This document shows, piece by piece, positions 28,485-39,480 of a stretch of 64,000 nucleotides of DNA. Origin of the DNA: a virus; the IMG/VR virus record IMGVR_UViG_3300017971_000272, positions 9,817 through 73,816 of that record. One strand, 5' to 3'. The position numbers and the translations under genes were made by a program. The notes below the pieces were generated by a model. It was not told the origin of the DNA. It did no database searches and saw only the letters and a list, made by a program, of their open reading frames with translations. Within the stretch, counting starts at the first letter, position 1. Each line of letters opens with the position of its first letter.

Positions 28485-28874
28485 TTAATCTTCATTGCTT
28501 ATTGTGATAGTAACTCTGCCAGATGGAACACTAATGATTACATCTGGTGTATTATCTAATGGAATGTTAGGTGGTACTACATAAGTAACCATATTAGATT
28601 TTAAACCTGCCCCATCACTATTATATGCAGCAACTCTAAAATCATATGATACTCCATATTGAAGGTTTAAATCAGTATTCAATGGATACTTAACTACATT
28701 ATCTATTTTCTTGCTGTAATTATCTTCATGACCTGTTCTTGTATAATAAATGATATATCCTATTATACTTTCTTGATTGCTTTCAGGAGGGTCCCAACAG
28801 AGATAAGCTGTAGCATTAGCATCATTCAGAAATAGAGCAACTACAAGAGCATTCACAATCATCAGCTTTTTCAT
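28485..28874 (-). CDS. Exported fibronectin type III protein
   Basis: Signal peptide MKKLMIVNALVVALFLNDANA; LCWDPP, GYIIYY, LQYGVSYDFRVAAYNSDG. Confidence 0.8.
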   Translation of the reverse strand: MKKLMIVNALVVALFLNDANATAYLCWDPPESNQESIIGYIIYYTRTGHEDNYSKKIDNVVKYPLNTDLNLQYGVSYDFRVAAYNSDGAGLKSNMVTYVVPPNIPLDNTPDVIISVPSGRVTITISNED

Positions 28875-28912
28875 TATCTTTTCCTTTCTCTTTGCATTTA
28901 CAATCAGTACAT

Positions 28913-29107
28913 TTACATTTCTTTTTCGGCATCAACATTTCTTTTAATTGATTTAGTTTGTTCATCTCCTTTTGTGGCAACTGAAAAAATCCCACTTTGT
29001 CCTCCTTTAAATTTAGTAGCAGCAGTGTAAATAAAATCCATCTTCCTTTCCAGTACATTTAGTTTATGCATAATATCATCTGCATCAATACTCCGGCCAT
29101 TATCCAC
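28913..29107 (-). CDS. Small hypothetical protein
   Basis: GTG start with GGAGG SD. Confidence 0.45.
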   Translation of the reverse strand: MDNGRSIDADDIMHKLNVLERKMDFIYTAATKFKGGQSGIFSVATKGDEQTKSIKRNVDAEKEM

Positions 29108-29111
29108 TGTA

Positions 29112-30026
29112 TTACCTCCATACTCTCTTATATCGTTCGAAGTTCCATTTATTCAAAAACAACTCAGCAGCCTTTCTTCCAGAATTGTACAGCATACATA
29201 TTCTATCAGGTTTAATATCAAATTCAGTTGTGCCTACATCATATGTATCTATTTCTATTGTTCTTGCCCAATCATTGGACCCAATATCTTTATCGATAGA
29301 TGCCTCAAACATTGTATTTAATATAGCCAATCCAAAGGTTACAGGACCATCTATTTGATTAGGCTTACCATTACCATTACCAACAAGCCTAAAACCAAAT
29401 GTCGGCCATCTTGGAGATTGTGGAGAATCAAATAACCATACTGGATAATTGCTTGCTATTGCTCCATCAACTATATAGTTATCATTTATAATGACAGGTT
29501 CAAAGAAATAGGGAATAGACATGGACATTCTTACAGCCTTAGCAACTGATAATTTATCAGGTTGTATTCCATAATAAACACTATCTTGTGGCAATATCAC
29601 TCTTCTTTGTGCTGTTATATCAGTTGCTATGCACTGGAATCTGTAATCCTCCCCATTCTTTAAATCAGCAAATGTATGTATTCCCTTATCTGCTAACTTA
29701 TCTTTTATCCATTGCTCAAAGAACTCTCCTTCATATATCCCCTTATCAAATACTAAACTAACAAATGGTCCTATCAATGGGAGCTTATCCATAGTAGACT
29801 TATCTCTGAACTCATCATATGGTATGTTACAGATTATATCACTGAGTTCTTTGCCTGAATATCCAGATGCTAAAAGAGATGCTATGATAGCTCCAGCAGA
29901 AGTGCCAGCTACATTATTAAAATAATATCCCCTGCTTTCCAGATAATGAACAGCACCAGTAAAAGCTATTCCTCTAACTCCACCACCTTCAAATACAGCA
30001 TCACATTTTTTATTTTGGATTTTCAT
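29112..30026 (-). CDS. Patatin-like phospholipase
   Basis: EGGGVRG oxyanion loop, GTSAG nucleophile, SMSIPYFF, DGA. Confidence 0.92.
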   Translation of the reverse strand: MKIQNKKCDAVFEGGGVRGIAFTGAVHYLESRGYYFNNVAGTSAGAIIASLLASGYSGKELSDIICNIPYDEFRDKSTMDKLPLIGPFVSLVFDKGIYEGEFFEQWIKDKLADKGIHTFADLKNGEDYRFQCIATDITAQRRVILPQDSVYYGIQPDKLSVAKAVRMSMSIPYFFEPVIINDNYIVDGAIASNYPVWLFDSPQSPRWPTFGFRLVGNGNGKPNQIDGPVTFGLAILNTMFEASIDKDIGSNDWARTIEIDTYDVGTTEFDIKPDRICMLYNSGRKAAELFLNKWNFERYKRVWR

Positions 30027-30040
30027 ATCACACCTAACTT

Positions 30041-30346
30041 TTAATCTATTTCAATATATTTTCTACCATCAGATAATAGCAGAGTGTTTAAAGCAATATA
30101 TGGATCTTCAAAATCATTATCACATTTTAATTTTATAATAGTATCATCAGATAAATCTTTTATGTACTCTTTTAATTGCTTAATGCACTTAATCTTAGTA
30201 GGTGTGATTGCCTTGTTATCTATACTCTGTACAGCATTACACATGAGATTCATCATATCTTTTGGATCTTTGATACCTGTAGCTACCATTTTTATATTCC
30301 TCATTGTTTGTATTTTGATGTTAAGGGATCTTTTGTATTTTTTCAA
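30041..30346 (-). CDS. Hypothetical protein
   Basis: ORF in operon orientation. Confidence 0.5.
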   Translation of the reverse strand: MKKYKRSLNIKIQTMRNIKMVATGIKDPKDMMNLMCNAVQSIDNKAITPTKIKCIKQLKEYIKDLSDDTIIKLKCDNDFEDPYIALNTLLLSDGRKYIEID

Positions 30347-30557
30347 TTAATAAATTATTTGTCTTTTCTTATTATGTCAAAGTAACTAAAAAAGTCTTTT
30401 AATCTTAGCTCTAATAGCTCCATAAAAAATATCATATGATTTAGTTTTATTTTAGTGCCTTTCTTTATAAGAATATCTTCTTTGATGATGATATATAGTA
30501 ATTGATCATTTTGTTTTTTCATATTCAGTCCAGTAGTTGAGATCAGGTTGAGGTATA

Positions 30558-30911
30558 TTAATCATCTATATCTACAAAATTACTATGTACAGTTCCACAT
30601 TCACAACATACATATCCTTCCTCTGTCATGTATCCAACAAAAGCTCCACAATTACATCTATATATTATATCTCCTGCTTTTGGAAGAAATGGATATGTAA
30701 AAAATCCTTTATATGATTTACATTCGGGACATTCAAATATTAATGGATACTCTATATCTCTATTTGGATCTTCAATAAATACTGAGGCAGTCCATTTATG
30801 TTGACAATGTTGACAATGTACTTCACCAATCACATTCTTACTACTTTTGTAATCTTCAATGTATCTTACATTATTAGGTTCCATACACTTTTTGCTCATA
30901 ACTATCCTCAC
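30558..30911 (-). CDS. Multi-CxxC zinc-binding protein
   Basis: CQHC, CPEC, CNC, CCEC. Confidence 0.65.
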   Translation of the reverse strand: MRIVMSKKCMEPNNVRYIEDYKSSKNVIGEVHCQHCQHKWTASVFIEDPNRDIEYPLIFECPECKSYKGFFTYPFLPKAGDIIYRCNCGAFVGYMTEEGYVCCECGTVHSNFVDIDD

Positions 30912-32220
30912 TTACAATTGGGAATTCTTCATGACAGTAATATCCAATAGCATCAGTTAAATGTGTTAATTCTAAATCTGACTTATCAATTTCACCTGCT
31001 GATCCCTCAAGTACTTTAACACCTTCAAAGTCCTTCACTGTTCTTGGGGCCTTTGTTGGATCAATTAACAATCTAACTGTCTTATCTAAAGAACATAATC
31101 TTGAATTCAATGCATTCACTCTATCTCTTACAGGAGGATTGCCTGGACTTACATTTAGTCTAAATCTGTTGAATCCAAAACGTGATCCTAATTTCTGATG
31201 TATTAAATCCCAATCAGATCCAAGAACACTTGCTGATCCACCATGTCCTCCTGTAGCATCACCATAAGCATATATTTTACCCTGATGCCCTCCCCAATCT
31301 TGAATAATCCTATCGCATACAAGTAATGTATTACTATGCTTTGGAATATACACTTCTCCTATCACACAAGTAATAGAATCATTATAACTATCCTCCATTG
31401 GGAACTCTTGACATATTATAGCTACTCCTGGAGATACATTAAAGTCAAAACAAAGTATCAAATCCCCATTAGGATCATAATCAACTCTTTCTAAGTTATA
31501 TCTTTCATCATAAGCATGATATAGTCTGCCAGCAAATAAAACAAAAGAACCCTCCATTTCTTGCTGATAAATTAATGGATCTAAAGTATGTTTATAATGT
31601 TTTATTTGTTCTTCTGATAATATTTCGGAAGATTTCCAAGTGAATCTTCCCCATAAATTTAATGGATCACTTTCTGCAGCTTTCCATAAATCATAATAAT
31701 GATTTCTTCCTTCAGGGACCCCTATGAAATCACAAGTGCCATTCCTATCAGCTAATGCTGGCATTACATGCTCTTGCCATACCTTAGACTTCATATTAGC
31801 GTATTCATCAAGCACTATATGATCCCAAGGGGACCCTTCTATGCGTTGAGGTTTATCCATACCATGTAGCCATATCTCAGGCCCATGTAATAGCTTTATA
31901 AACAAAGCCTGTTCAGATATTTTTTTTATTAGTTTGGGATTAATGATTTGTTTTAAATCATCCCAATAAATACGTTTCACTTGATCTCTTGTTGGAGCGC
32001 ATATGCCAACTTTATAATCAAGTACTCTTCTTCCTGCCTTACTAATACCTCTAATGGCTTTTAATACAGCTTTCCTTTTACCTGCCAGCTCAGTTTTTCC
32101 TGATCTTCTTCCTGAGGGAATTATGTTAAATCTATAAGGAGAGGTCCAGTATTCCGCCTGTACTGGATGATGCCTTAATGGATACATTCTTTCAGTCACA
32201 ATATCTGAACCTAACATCAT
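30874..32220 (-). CDS. Terminase large subunit
   Basis: Walker A GRRSGKT, APTRDQ, Walker B VLDEYA, nuclease DFNVSP, GDATG, HLTDAIGY. Confidence 0.93.
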   Translation of the reverse strand: MMLGSDIVTERMYPLRHHPVQAEYWTSPYRFNIIPSGRRSGKTELAGKRKAVLKAIRGISKAGRRVLDYKVGICAPTRDQVKRIYWDDLKQIINPKLIKKISEQALFIKLLHGPEIWLHGMDKPQRIEGSPWDHIVLDEYANMKSKVWQEHVMPALADRNGTCDFIGVPEGRNHYYDLWKAAESDPLNLWGRFTWKSSEILSEEQIKHYKHTLDPLIYQQEMEGSFVLFAGRLYHAYDERYNLERVDYDPNGDLILCFDFNVSPGVAIICQEFPMEDSYNDSITCVIGEVYIPKHSNTLLVCDRIIQDWGGHQGKIYAYGDATGGHGGSASVLGSDWDLIHQKLGSRFGFNRFRLNVSPGNPPVRDRVNALNSRLCSLDKTVRLLIDPTKAPRTVKDFEGVKVLEGSAGEIDKSDLELTHLTDAIGYYCHEEFPIVSEDSYEQKVYGT

Positions 32221-32223
32221 ATA

Positions 32224-32829
32224 TTATCTATTCTCCTTATTCACTGCCTCTGTGTTAAAATAAAATAACATAGTATCCTTATCTTCCATCTCACCTGTTT
32301 CTACATTCTGTGTTTGCATTATTTGATTTTCAAATAACAATATGTTTTCTTGAGATAGTTCTTTTAAACAATGAGCTACTATACCATCATTGGAATGATG
32401 CTCTATTACTTGCTTTACATTATCTTCTGTCAGTTTAACAGTTGGATTACCTTTGAATAAAGATGTTATTCTTTTCTTAGTATCATCTATTTTTACATTC
32501 CTTTTAAATTCTTCTACCTGCTGCATGTTGTTTTGGAATCTGTCTTGTTTGTCTTGTTGATCGTTATTATCTTGATTAGATTGTTGTGGCTGCTGTGGAG
32601 TTTGATTTTGGGATAGCATAGCATCAAACTGATCCTGCACTGTTTTTTTATACATATCTAATCTATATTGCTGTAACTTTTCATTAGCTATCAGTATCTC
32701 ATTAGATATTTCATTTGCTCTAACTGATAGATCCGTCATGGACATAGATCTATTATTTCTATTCTTATACAGTTCTTTTAACTTATTTACCTGTTCTCTT
32801 ATATAGTCCATTTGTTTTTCCTTTGTCAC
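32224..32829 (-). CDS. Gln-rich hypothetical protein
   Basis: ORF, coiled coil plus Q-rich linker. Confidence 0.65.
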   Translation of the reverse strand: MTKEKQMDYIREQVNKLKELYKNRNNRSMSMTDLSVRANEISNEILIANEKLQQYRLDMYKKTVQDQFDAMLSQNQTPQQPQQSNQDNNDQQDKQDRFQNNMQQVEEFKRNVKIDDTKKRITSLFKGNPTVKLTEDNVKQVIEHHSNDGIVAHCLKELSQENILLFENQIMQTQNVETGEMEDKDTMLFYFNTEAVNKENR

Positions 32830-33077
32830 TCATTATTGGTTACAGTTGTTTCATATGTGCTACATTCTCCATCTAAGTTAACAGTAACTTGTTTAAACTG
32901 GCATGTTCCCGAATAGGAATCATTAAATCTACAGTCGCGTGCTTTACATATTAATATAGTTCTTGTAGTGACAGCATTTATCTGATTCTTCCATATATAA
33001 TCTGACAATGTTTTTCTCCTTGGATTAGTTAATATATTACTAATGATCATGGGATATATGATCATTAGTATTCTCAT
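32826..33077 (-). CDS. Cys-rich small protein (DUF1540-like)
   Basis: CKARDCRFN...C...C.TY. Confidence 0.5.
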   Translation of the reverse strand: MRILMIIYPMIISNILTNPRRKTLSDYIWKNQINAVTTRTILICKARDCRFNDSYSGTCQFKQVTVNLDGECSTYETTVTNNE

Positions 33078-33208
33078 TAAAGGTTTCTTCTATCATTTCT
33101 TGCACACATTGATCACATATATCAGGTCTTCCATAATAAGTGGTATATGCTACAGTTTTTTCTTTCTTACAAAGCAAACACATAATAGTTGAAACCATTT
33201 TCATAATT

Positions 33209-33400
33209 CTAATCCTTATTATTTATTTCATCAGCTATACTATTTATTAAAGTATCTCTGTCTACTACTGTTAATTCATTCTTATGTAGCTCTCTCTTAA
33301 TGCCAGTTTTAATATGAGTAACTCTAATACCAGTAATTCTATTATGATCTCCAGTAACTTTAACATCGAATTCACCTATGGGTAATTTTGTAAATCTCAT
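33209..33400 (-). CDS. Small protein with release-factor-like IRVTHIKTG motif
   Basis: Motif only. Confidence 0.45.
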   Translation of the reverse strand: MRFTKLPIGEFDVKVTGDHNRITGIRVTHIKTGIKRELHKNELTVVDRDTLINSIADEINNKD

Positions 33401-33445
33401 ATCAGCTTCAGCTCCTTTTCAGATGTAAGTGTGATAATAATAAGT

Positions 33446-33676
33446 TTACATGGTCTGTTCTTTAAAAAACTGATTCACCTCCTTATCTATTTCCTTTATC
33501 ATTTTATAACAGGTTTCTTGAAATGTACCTACTATCAGTTCACATTTAATAATGCCAGTTGGGATATGAACAATCTCAACTGCATGATTCATTATTTGCT
33601 TATCATAATATTTTTCAATTACTAAATCCCTTCTTCCTTCCACTGTATATTTTTTATTTTTTCTTAATACGTTCAT
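33446..33676 (-). CDS. Release-factor domain-3-like protein lacking GGQ
   Basis: DLVIEKY...AVEIVHIPTGI. Confidence 0.5.
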   Translation of the reverse strand: MNVLRKNKKYTVEGRRDLVIEKYYDKQIMNHAVEIVHIPTGIIKCELIVGTFQETCYKMIKEIDKEVNQFFKEQTM

Positions 33677-34828
33677 GTCCCATCTCCATGTTATAAGAAT
33701 ATACTGTTTTCTTAAACATGGAGATAGCTGCTTTGATATCTTTTAATGGGAAACTCAAAGCATACAACTTATCTCCATGTTTATTTATAATAACACCTTC
33801 AGGAATTTTTATCTGTGTACGGGTAATCTTATTAGTAAACCATCTTGGCCTTTTCTCTATATGAACATATTGATTAGCTATACCAGTGTAGATTCTATCA
33901 GGAAAGGAGATCATAATAATTTCAGTGTTAATCTTAAAATCAACTATTTCTTTTTTACCAAGTATCTGATCTATTAATTTAGATAACATATTGACCTATA
34001 GTCTCTGTGTTTATAATATTAACTTTAACATCAAGAACATTACCTATGACTTGAGAAATATAACAATCATCGCATACAAATAGCCATCCTATCAATTGCC
34101 CTGCATTGTTTCTAACAGGCACTTGTCTTGCTGTTTCATTTGATCCACATTGGAAACAGGTAATGGATAATGTGTTTCCTTTGCTTGGGGATATTATATT
34201 TGTACACATATGTAATTCCTTATTTACTATGATATGCTATAAAGTTTTCTTTAAGTTGTTTGTAATCTTTTTCAAACAACATATAATCACTGTACTTGAT
34301 CTGCATTAAACCTATCCCACTTTCTATAATTATAGTATGCTCTGTATCTTTTCCCATCCTTTTATATAGGGACATCTCAACAGCCTGTATATTGCTATAT
34401 GGGATATTTGTAATGATAGTTTGCTGAGTGTCCCAATCAGTGATTATCTTTTCAATGCAGACATATGATGCATGATGACTTTGTATTTGGGTAAGTATGC
34501 TAAAAGAAGGACGAGTGCATCCAGTTACAAAACTTTTAAACTCTTCCCATAATCCCATATCATACCTCTTCTTCATTGTTTATTGTTTTGGAAACATTAT
34601 TCCTCTACCATGGAGTTCTTGTACTAAATGATGATATGCTTTAAATAAGATGTTAAGAGCAAATTTAATATCTGTGCCTGTATCAAGATAAACAAATACA
34701 TCAGCATATATCTGCACTTTCTTGTATTGATGATTATCATCATCAATACAACATACAAAAGTATCTCCTGATTCAGTTCTATATTTACCATCTAATGGAC
34801 CACCTAAAACTAAATAAACATCTTCCAT
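33654..34828 (-). CDS. Four small hypothetical ORFs (33654-33989, 33979-34209, 34220-34576, 34580-34828)
   Basis: Tightly packed minus-strand ORFs; one with CxxC pairs, one with GGPLDG. Confidence 0.6.
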
Positions 34829-35299
34829 TTAAAACTCCCATTGTGTTATCTTAAGATATTCTAAATTCAAATAACTTTTATAGGCTTTGTCTGTTAATAA
34901 CTTAACAGACAACTCATCTGGATATTCATCAATGTACATTATCTTTCTTGGATGACAATTAACTAACATCTTGGCACATATGAAACATGGCTGTGTAGAT
35001 ATGTAGAAATCACATCCTTTTAGATTAACACCACTTGTAGCTGCTTGAATAATCACATTCTGTTCTGCATGTAATGCCATACATACTTCATGCTGTTGTC
35101 CAGATGGGATATTGTTCTTTTCTCTGTAACATTCTATACAATGATCAATTCCGGATGGTGGTCCATTATATCCTGTTGCAAGTATCCTGTTATCTCTTAC
35201 AGCTAATGCAGCTATATGTCTTCTTAAACAAGTTGATCTATTGGATACCTGATTAAGAATGTTAAAAAAATAAGTGTCCCATGATTGCCTATTCATCAT
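34829..35299 (-). CDS. dCMP deaminase (ComEB family)
   Basis: RSTCLRR, ATGYNG, HAEQN, PCFIC. Confidence 0.92.
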   Translation of the reverse strand: MMNRQSWDTYFFNILNQVSNRSTCLRRHIAALAVRDNRILATGYNGPPSGIDHCIECYREKNNIPSGQQHEVCMALHAEQNVIIQAATSGVNLKGCDFYISTQPCFICAKMLVNCHPRKIMYIDEYPDELSVKLLTDKAYKSYLNLEYLKITQWEF

Positions 35300-36036
35300 T
35301 GTTATCCTTCACATCAATAATGTTAAGTATCTTATCTATCATCATCTCAAGTATCCCAATTACAGTTAATATCTCTACCCTGTCTATTCCATAGGGTTCA
35401 ATAATATCTCCTGTAACTGTACTGTTTAAAATCTCCTTAGCCATAGATAGCTTGATCTGATTCCCTACCTTTATATATTCATCACCATTCATAATTAATC
35501 CTTATTCATCTATATAATCTTCTGTGTTATGAAATTGTAAATGGGGATCATTTTCATTTATATTATATACAACAATAACTGTTCCTGAATAATCTGTGTA
35601 CTCTTGATTAATTATTAAATCATCTGGAAGGTTTTTGATAACTTCTTTTAGTTCTCCAATTGTTTTTGCAATAACTGGAAAGTCTGGTTCTTTAACATTA
35701 TAAAACTTTTTTGGAATAACTTTTTTATCCATTATCATCTCCCTGTTTTCTTGTGTTGATTATATACTTAACTTTAATCACTATTGGATGAGCATGTCCT
35801 AAACATCCCGTTATTGGTTGTATATCATGAGTATCAATAAATGTTCCTACATACTTTTCATTATGATCACATAACCAGTCTTTTCTTATAAGTGATATAC
35901 GATCAAAGTTATTATCTACTATTATAACTTTATCATCTTCATATAGTATCTTCACTTTAATCTCCAACTGCCTTATCATCATTATAATCTTCTGGATGCA
36001 ATGGAACACTATTAAATAACTGTTCTGCTTGATCAC
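35289..36036 (-). CDS. Three small hypothetical ORFs (35289-35492, 35502-35738, 35725-about 35985)
   Basis: Packed ORFs between terS and dCMP deaminase. Confidence 0.55.
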
Positions 36037-36667
36037 GTATCATCATAGCTGTGTTCTGTATATCCTCTTCACTACTCTTATATGTTTCCTTGAATCTCAT
36101 TAACTCTATGATTAGTTCTAAAGCCTTTAGTTTATCCCATGTTCTTAGTTTTTTAAGAAAGAAACTATTCATCTTAATATCTTTCTCTTCACCTGTTACT
36201 GGATCTTTATTCTTAGGATTAAAGTTGAACTCAACTACTGATATAGCTTTAGCAGTGATATCATCAAGCTCCCACAGATTCTTAATGTGATTATCAAAAT
36301 TAAACAGATTACGTACATCGAAATCAACAATGGCTTTTAGATGCTCTATAACCCACTCAAATGTGATATCTCCTTTCTCTTGATATCTCTTAATCCGCTT
36401 ATTCTCTTGCTGTTGTAATCTATACTGTACATTAGGCATATTATGCACATGATGAGCCTGTATCCTTCCAGCAACATCTCTGGACTTACCACCAGCATTT
36501 AAATAGGCTTCATACTGACTACAATTAGGATGAGCAAGCTTATACTGTACATATCCTTTCTGTAGTTTAGTTAAAGGTTTCAAATGAGGTTCACAATTAG
36601 GTTCACCTTTCTTCCGACTTTTTTTTGCTAATTTCTGTTCTTTGAATTTTGTTCGTTTTCTAACCAA
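35957..36667 (-). CDS. Terminase small subunit
   Basis: LTKLQKGYV...EAYLNAG HTH, ITFEWVIEHLKAIVDFDVRNLF, DKLKALELI. Confidence 0.82.
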   Translation of the reverse strand: MVRKRTKFKEQKLAKKSRKKGEPNCEPHLKPLTKLQKGYVQYKLAHPNCSQYEAYLNAGGKSRDVAGRIQAHHVHNMPNVQYRLQQQENKRIKRYQEKGDITFEWVIEHLKAIVDFDVRNLFNFDNHIKNLWELDDITAKAISVVEFNFNPKNKDPVTGEEKDIKMNSFFLKKLRTWDKLKALELIIELMRFKETYKSSEEDIQNTAMMIRDQAEQLFNSVPLHPEDYNDDKAVGD

Positions 36668-36700
36668 TTTTCTAACCTTTCTTTTAGGATTTTTAATCTC

Positions 36701-36729
36701 AGGTTAAGGTTATTTCATTGGAAAGTCAA
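36701..36729 (-). promoter_or_regulatory. Putative late promoter upstream of terS
   Basis: TTGACT-17-TAACCT; shares motif with the scaffold promoter. Confidence 0.5.
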
Positions 36730-36830
36730 TTATTGTATTAATACCTAATATCCCTTAATGCTTTTTATTAATATGAAACAGGTAATACTAATAATATACC
36801 ATAATGATTTTTATCAATATAATTCACATA

Positions 36831-36872
36831 AAAAAAGGGATAATGATGGTCGTTTAAATCATTATCCCTTTT
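36831..36872 (-). terminator. Intrinsic terminator separating early region from packaging operon
   Basis: AAAAGGGATAATGAT...ATCATTATCCCTTTT inverted repeat with T-run. Confidence 0.8.
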
Positions 36873-37050
36873 GACGCCTACTTGTAATACCTTCTGTGTA
36901 TCCTGCAAAATATGGTATGTATGTTAAATTATAAATTATAGGATCTTTTATTTTATGATCCGCATATGTGATCCTCCTTATTTTTGAAGTTAGTTTTTTA
37001 TCTTATTATCCTTGCTTATGATAGTGAGAAAGAACTCCTCACTTATTTAA
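36831..37050 (-). ncRNA. Putative ~220-nt small RNA carrying a 5-codon minigene
   Basis: Own promoter (37055-37084) and terminator; TAAGGAGG-N7-ATG CGG ATC ATA AAA TAA at 36965-36948. Confidence 0.45.
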
Positions 37051-37054
37051 CTGT

Positions 37055-37084
37055 ATTTTACCATTTTAAATAGTGGTAAGTCAA
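37055..37084 (-). promoter_or_regulatory. Sigma70-type promoter
   Basis: TTGACT-18-TAAAAT with TGn extension. Confidence 0.6.
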
Positions 37085-37096
37085 TTGTTTTATCAT

Positions 37097-38366
37097 TTAT
37101 TTTTTATAATATGGACTTTCTGGATCTTTATCTAAAAAACGAACATGATCTGCTAAACAGATATCTACTTTTCCATTAGGCCATTCAAAAATAGCAATAC
37201 TATAAATACCATTCACATATTCATGTTCTTCATAATCTAAGCCCCATTCATGGAAAATAGCTACTACATCTATTTCGACAAATTCCATTTTATCTTTGTT
37301 CCATTTCTTTACTTTAATTGGACGTCCATAATTTGGATTAGGTTTATGCATGTCTATAGTATCCTTCCTATCAATGGGGTTTGTTATTATCTTACTTTGA
37401 TAAATCTTCCTTTACACCAGTTATTTTTAAACCATTAACAGATGTTGTTATTTTAGTGTCTGGATATACAAACAAAATACGATCAATTACAACCTTAAGA
37501 TAATTATGTTCATTGGATAATTCTGATTTCAATGTAACATTATCTTCATGTATAGTTATTTTCATTGTTCCTCTATTGTGTATGTTACTGAATGATATAA
37601 ATCCAGCTCTACATTAAAAACAGATGTTAAATGATTAACAACATAATTAGGATTATCCTGTAACCATTGGTTAGTTTTGTTTTCAAGATCTTCAAGCGAT
37701 GAGCCATTAAATATTTTTATTCTTTGTTTGTTTCGTTTTTTACTGCTGTGAAGGAGCCAATATTTAAAATGTGCTTTAGTTATGGCTTCGCCGCATTCTC
37801 CCCATTGTCCAATATAGCAAGGAGTGAATGGATGCATTTTAAATATACCGCCTTTATAGCCTTCCATTTTAACATCTACACATGATTTTGCATGTTCAAG
37901 CATGTCTGATATCTTGGCTTCAGGTAGTGGTTTAAATGCTAAATTATCATAACTTCCTCTATCACTATGTCCTGAACCAAATCCATCCTTTACGATCATT
38001 TCAGGATCTTGTTTTTCTAACCAATCAATTAAATATTCCAGTGTTACTTTTGATATCATTTCAGTAATCCTCCATACATGATACATCAAAGATTATGTTA
38101 ATTTATTAAATTGGATACTTTTTACCCTGCATGTTTTTCTTATAATATCTATTTGCGGATCTTGCATGTTCACGTTCCCAAACACAATGAGGTATGTTTT
38201 TTGCCGGAAGATTTGGTTTTTTAAGTTTTACTGGATTATTATTACCCTCAAATGCAAAACGTTCTCCTGTTGACAGATATCCCTTACATACCTTTCTAAC
38301 GAATCCACTTGAATAAAATCCTCTTGAACCTATTTTATAAAGATCTTGCAGCCATATTTTAAACAT
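37097..38366 (-). CDS. Hypothetical ORFs (37097-37351, 37562-38089, 38106-38366)
   Basis: Phage-typical small proteins (FHEWG; HSDRGSYDNLAF..GYKGG). Confidence 0.6.
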
Positions 38367-38767
38367 TATTCCTCCAATTCCAAGATATTTACTAATATCT
38401 CTAATTCTTTAATGAGTTCTTCTGGATCATTTTGTAATGTTTTTATTTTTTCTTTTTTCCTATATATCTGTATAGCCTGTTTCATTAAATTCATTATGTC
38501 TTTGATTTGATTATGTTTATTAGAATGCTTGCATGGTTTATCACTTTGTAAATTAGCGTTTTTTAAATCAGTATCTTCTAAATCAGTATCTTCTAAATCA
38601 GTATCTTCTAAATCAGCATTTTGTAGAATAGCTTCTTTTAGAATAGCTTCTCGTAAATCAAAACCTTCTAAATCAATTTGTTTACCTTCTTTAAAATCAC
38701 TATCTAACCATAATTTATGATTTTTGAGTTTTTCTTGTAATTCGGATTCTGTTATTTTTGTTTTCAT
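38366..38767 (-). CDS. Pentapeptide-repeat protein
   Basis: HKLWL followed by A(I/D)L repeats; 15-bp tandem repeat x3 at 38564-38608. Confidence 0.8.
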   Translation of the reverse strand: MKTKITESELQEKLKNHKLWLDSDFKEGKQIDLEGFDLREAILKEAILQNADLEDTDLEDTDLEDTDLKNANLQSDKPCKHSNKHNQIKDIMNLMKQAIQIYRKKEKIKTLQNDPEELIKELEILVNILELEE

Positions 38768-38778
38768 GATGTTCCTTC

Positions 38779-39465
38779 TTAAAATATATCATCAGGAGAT
38801 TTAGTATCTTCTTTTAATTCTATATATTTGTGTATTTGGATATTTATAATAACATTTAGTTTATCTTTTACACACCAATCAATAAGCACAGCAGGATCAA
38901 ATATCCCATGCATGGGAGATAAGGCGAATTGGCACTTGCATCCATGACTTTTTAACTGACTAATGGCCTCTACAGCTTTTAAATAATCCTTCTTACTTCC
39001 TATGATAAACTTAATGATATCTTGGGGCCTGCTATACAATGGATTATCATGATTAATGTTATTCCATTTATATGTCTTGGTAGTATCAAATAATTTATAA
39101 TCTATGATGAAACTATCAACCCAATTCATATAATTATAAACAGGACGTGTTCCATTAGTCTCAATACTAATATCGTAATGACGATTCTTCAAATATTTTA
39201 AAAAATCATACATATCTTCTTTGGGTTGAAGCAAAGGTTCTCCACCCGTTATAGTAACTTTTTTAATTCCTTTTTTGGCTACTTCGTTATATAGTTCCTT
39301 GGATGTGAATTCGGAGTATTCTTTATTGGCATATTTAGTATCACAATATTCACATTCTTTTTCTAAATTACATCCAAAGAACCTAACAAAAGTAGTTACT
39401 CGTCCCTGATGAAAACTATTAACTTCACCATCTATGCTTGAAAAAATACTATGTACTTTAAACAT
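38779..39465 (-). CDS. queE: 7-carboxy-7-deazaguanine synthase (radical SAM)
   Basis: IFSSIDGE, FVRFFGCNLEKECEYCDT, TGGEPLLQ, IETNG, QIHK. Confidence 0.9.
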   Translation of the reverse strand: MFKVHSIFSSIDGEVNSFHQGRVTTFVRFFGCNLEKECEYCDTKYANKEYSEFTSKELYNEVAKKGIKKVTITGGEPLLQPKEDMYDFLKYLKNRHYDISIETNGTRPVYNYMNWVDSFIIDYKLFDTTKTYKWNNINHDNPLYSRPQDIIKFIIGSKKDYLKAVEAISQLKSHGCKCQFALSPMHGIFDPAVLIDWCVKDKLNVIINIQIHKYIELKEDTKSPDDIF

Positions 39466-39480
39466 TTCCTATCTCCATTA

